DNA of 64,000 bases from Candidatus Shapirobacteria bacterium (GTDB lineage Bacteria; Patescibacteriota; Microgenomatia; UBA12405). Positions 63,351 through 64,000 of the stretch are shown here, one piece after another (within the stretch, counting starts at the first letter, position 1; every line of letters starts with the position of its first letter). The notes under the pieces are model-generated. The model saw nothing but the letters and a program-made list of their open reading frames with translations, made no database searches and was not told the DNA's origin. The stretch covers positions 133,867 to 197,866 of the forward strand of contig JBAYIT010000002.1 of NCBI GenBank assembly GCA_041665485.1, given 5' to 3'. Made by a program: the position numbers and the translations under genes.

Positions 63351-64000
63351 TTACCAATCTAGGTAAACCCTTTGTACTTTTTGTTTTAGAATAACACTAC
63401 CCTCTATAAGATAATAACTTTCCGTATTGTTATTAAAAGCACTTTTTAATGAAGCTACAAAGGGCTTTGAATCCATTTCATAAATCAAGCTCGCTACGTC
63501 TGGGAATTCAACCTGGCTTTTGCCTATCAAAAGATAATTTTTGTGAGTATACAAATCATTAACGCCAAGATAGGTTATATTGTTGACTATCGATACGGCG
63601 GTAATTAGATTTTTTGAGGTATAAACTTCTTTTTGTTTTTTTGTTTTTATATCGATACTAATCAATTTATTCTCTGAAAAATTAGGGTCTACTTTGGTAA
63701 CACACAATACTTCACTTGTGCTTTTAATAAATCCCAAATCACACAATACTCCTAAGCTATCCTGATTAAATTGTGTACTTTTACCGCTGTTATAGAGAGT
63801 ATTGTTACCATCATAATCTAAAAGCGATTGTTTGATTTCCTTTTCCTTGTTTTTGGTTGGCAGATTATAAATATAACTAATTTGTTGAGAAGGTTTTATG
63901 ACTAACAAATACGGATAGTGCATCAAGATTTTATCCGGATATTGGCTTAGTGAATAGGTATCATCAAATACATATAACTTTGCATTTTCCAAATATACAG
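63351..64000 (-). CDS. Hypothetical beta-rich protein, probably 5'-truncated by window edge
   Basis: Open frame reaching the window end; no motif recognised. Confidence 0.55.
   Translation of the reverse strand, partial: VYLENAKLYVFDDTYSLSQYPDKILMHYPYLLVIKPSQQISYIYNLPTKNKEKEIKQSLLDYDGNNTLYNSGKSTQFNQDSLGVLCDLGFIKSTSEVLCVTKVDPNFSENKLISIDIKTKKQKEVYTSKNLITAVSIVNNITYLGVNDLYTHKNYLLIGKSQVEFPDVASLIYEMDSKPFVASLKSAFNNNTESYYLIEGSVILKQKVQRVYLDW

Larger units (their letters stand above)
59224..64000. mobile_element. Probable integrated genomic island (left end), continuing beyond the window
   Basis: The C-rich plus-strand bias is lost and AT content rises by eye; tRNA-3'-like att remnant at 59224-59250; defence cargo. 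Confidence 0.55.

Noticed and set aside
1-64000. Alternative genetic code, and the many overlapping shadow ORFs (e.g. 23403-23822, 49656-50201, 51328-51822)
   Set aside because: Conserved genes are full length in code 11 and some end in TGA; the shadow ORFs overlap better-supported genes and reflect strand bias.

Overview
Bacterial chromosomal segment, standard genetic code. Gene content, the short HolA-like protein and apparently leaderless genes suggest Patescibacteria (CPR), Microgenomates-like; this is inference. Housekeeping genes: rodA, rplU, rpmA, parB, lepB, dut, ndk, polX, lemA, htpX, dnaE, rplS, lgt, ung, ppsA, rsmI, lexA, secG. Seven tRNAs: Val, Thr, Gly, Asp, Lys, Glu, Gln. Accessory loci: a type I R-M locus with two HEPN/Abi-like genes and an unannotated 54-aa ORF, a ~1720-aa surface protein, a PEP-CTERM/exosortase O-like pair, a broken DUF3800 gene followed by a structured RNA, and an AT-rich island with PLD, XRE and an ABC-three-component (Lamassu-like) system. 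The most unusual signals are non-coding. (1) Partial tRNA duplicates next to tRNA-Val, -Glu and -Gln are interrupted by small GC-rich hairpins, three with a CCACTGAC core; related hairpins also sit in ung and in a 62-nt tandem array, and a GIY-YIG module lies nearby. (2) A dispersed AT-rich repeat flanks a four-helix-bundle (bAvd-like) gene, and other 7-nt-period tracts occur, one in frame in ppsA. (3) Four of the seven tRNAs encode C55 instead of U55, and tRNA-Glu encodes C33. (4) A TTCG-N7-TTCG box is shared by the lexA and radical SAM promoters. (5) Two orphan promoter-driven structured RNAs.
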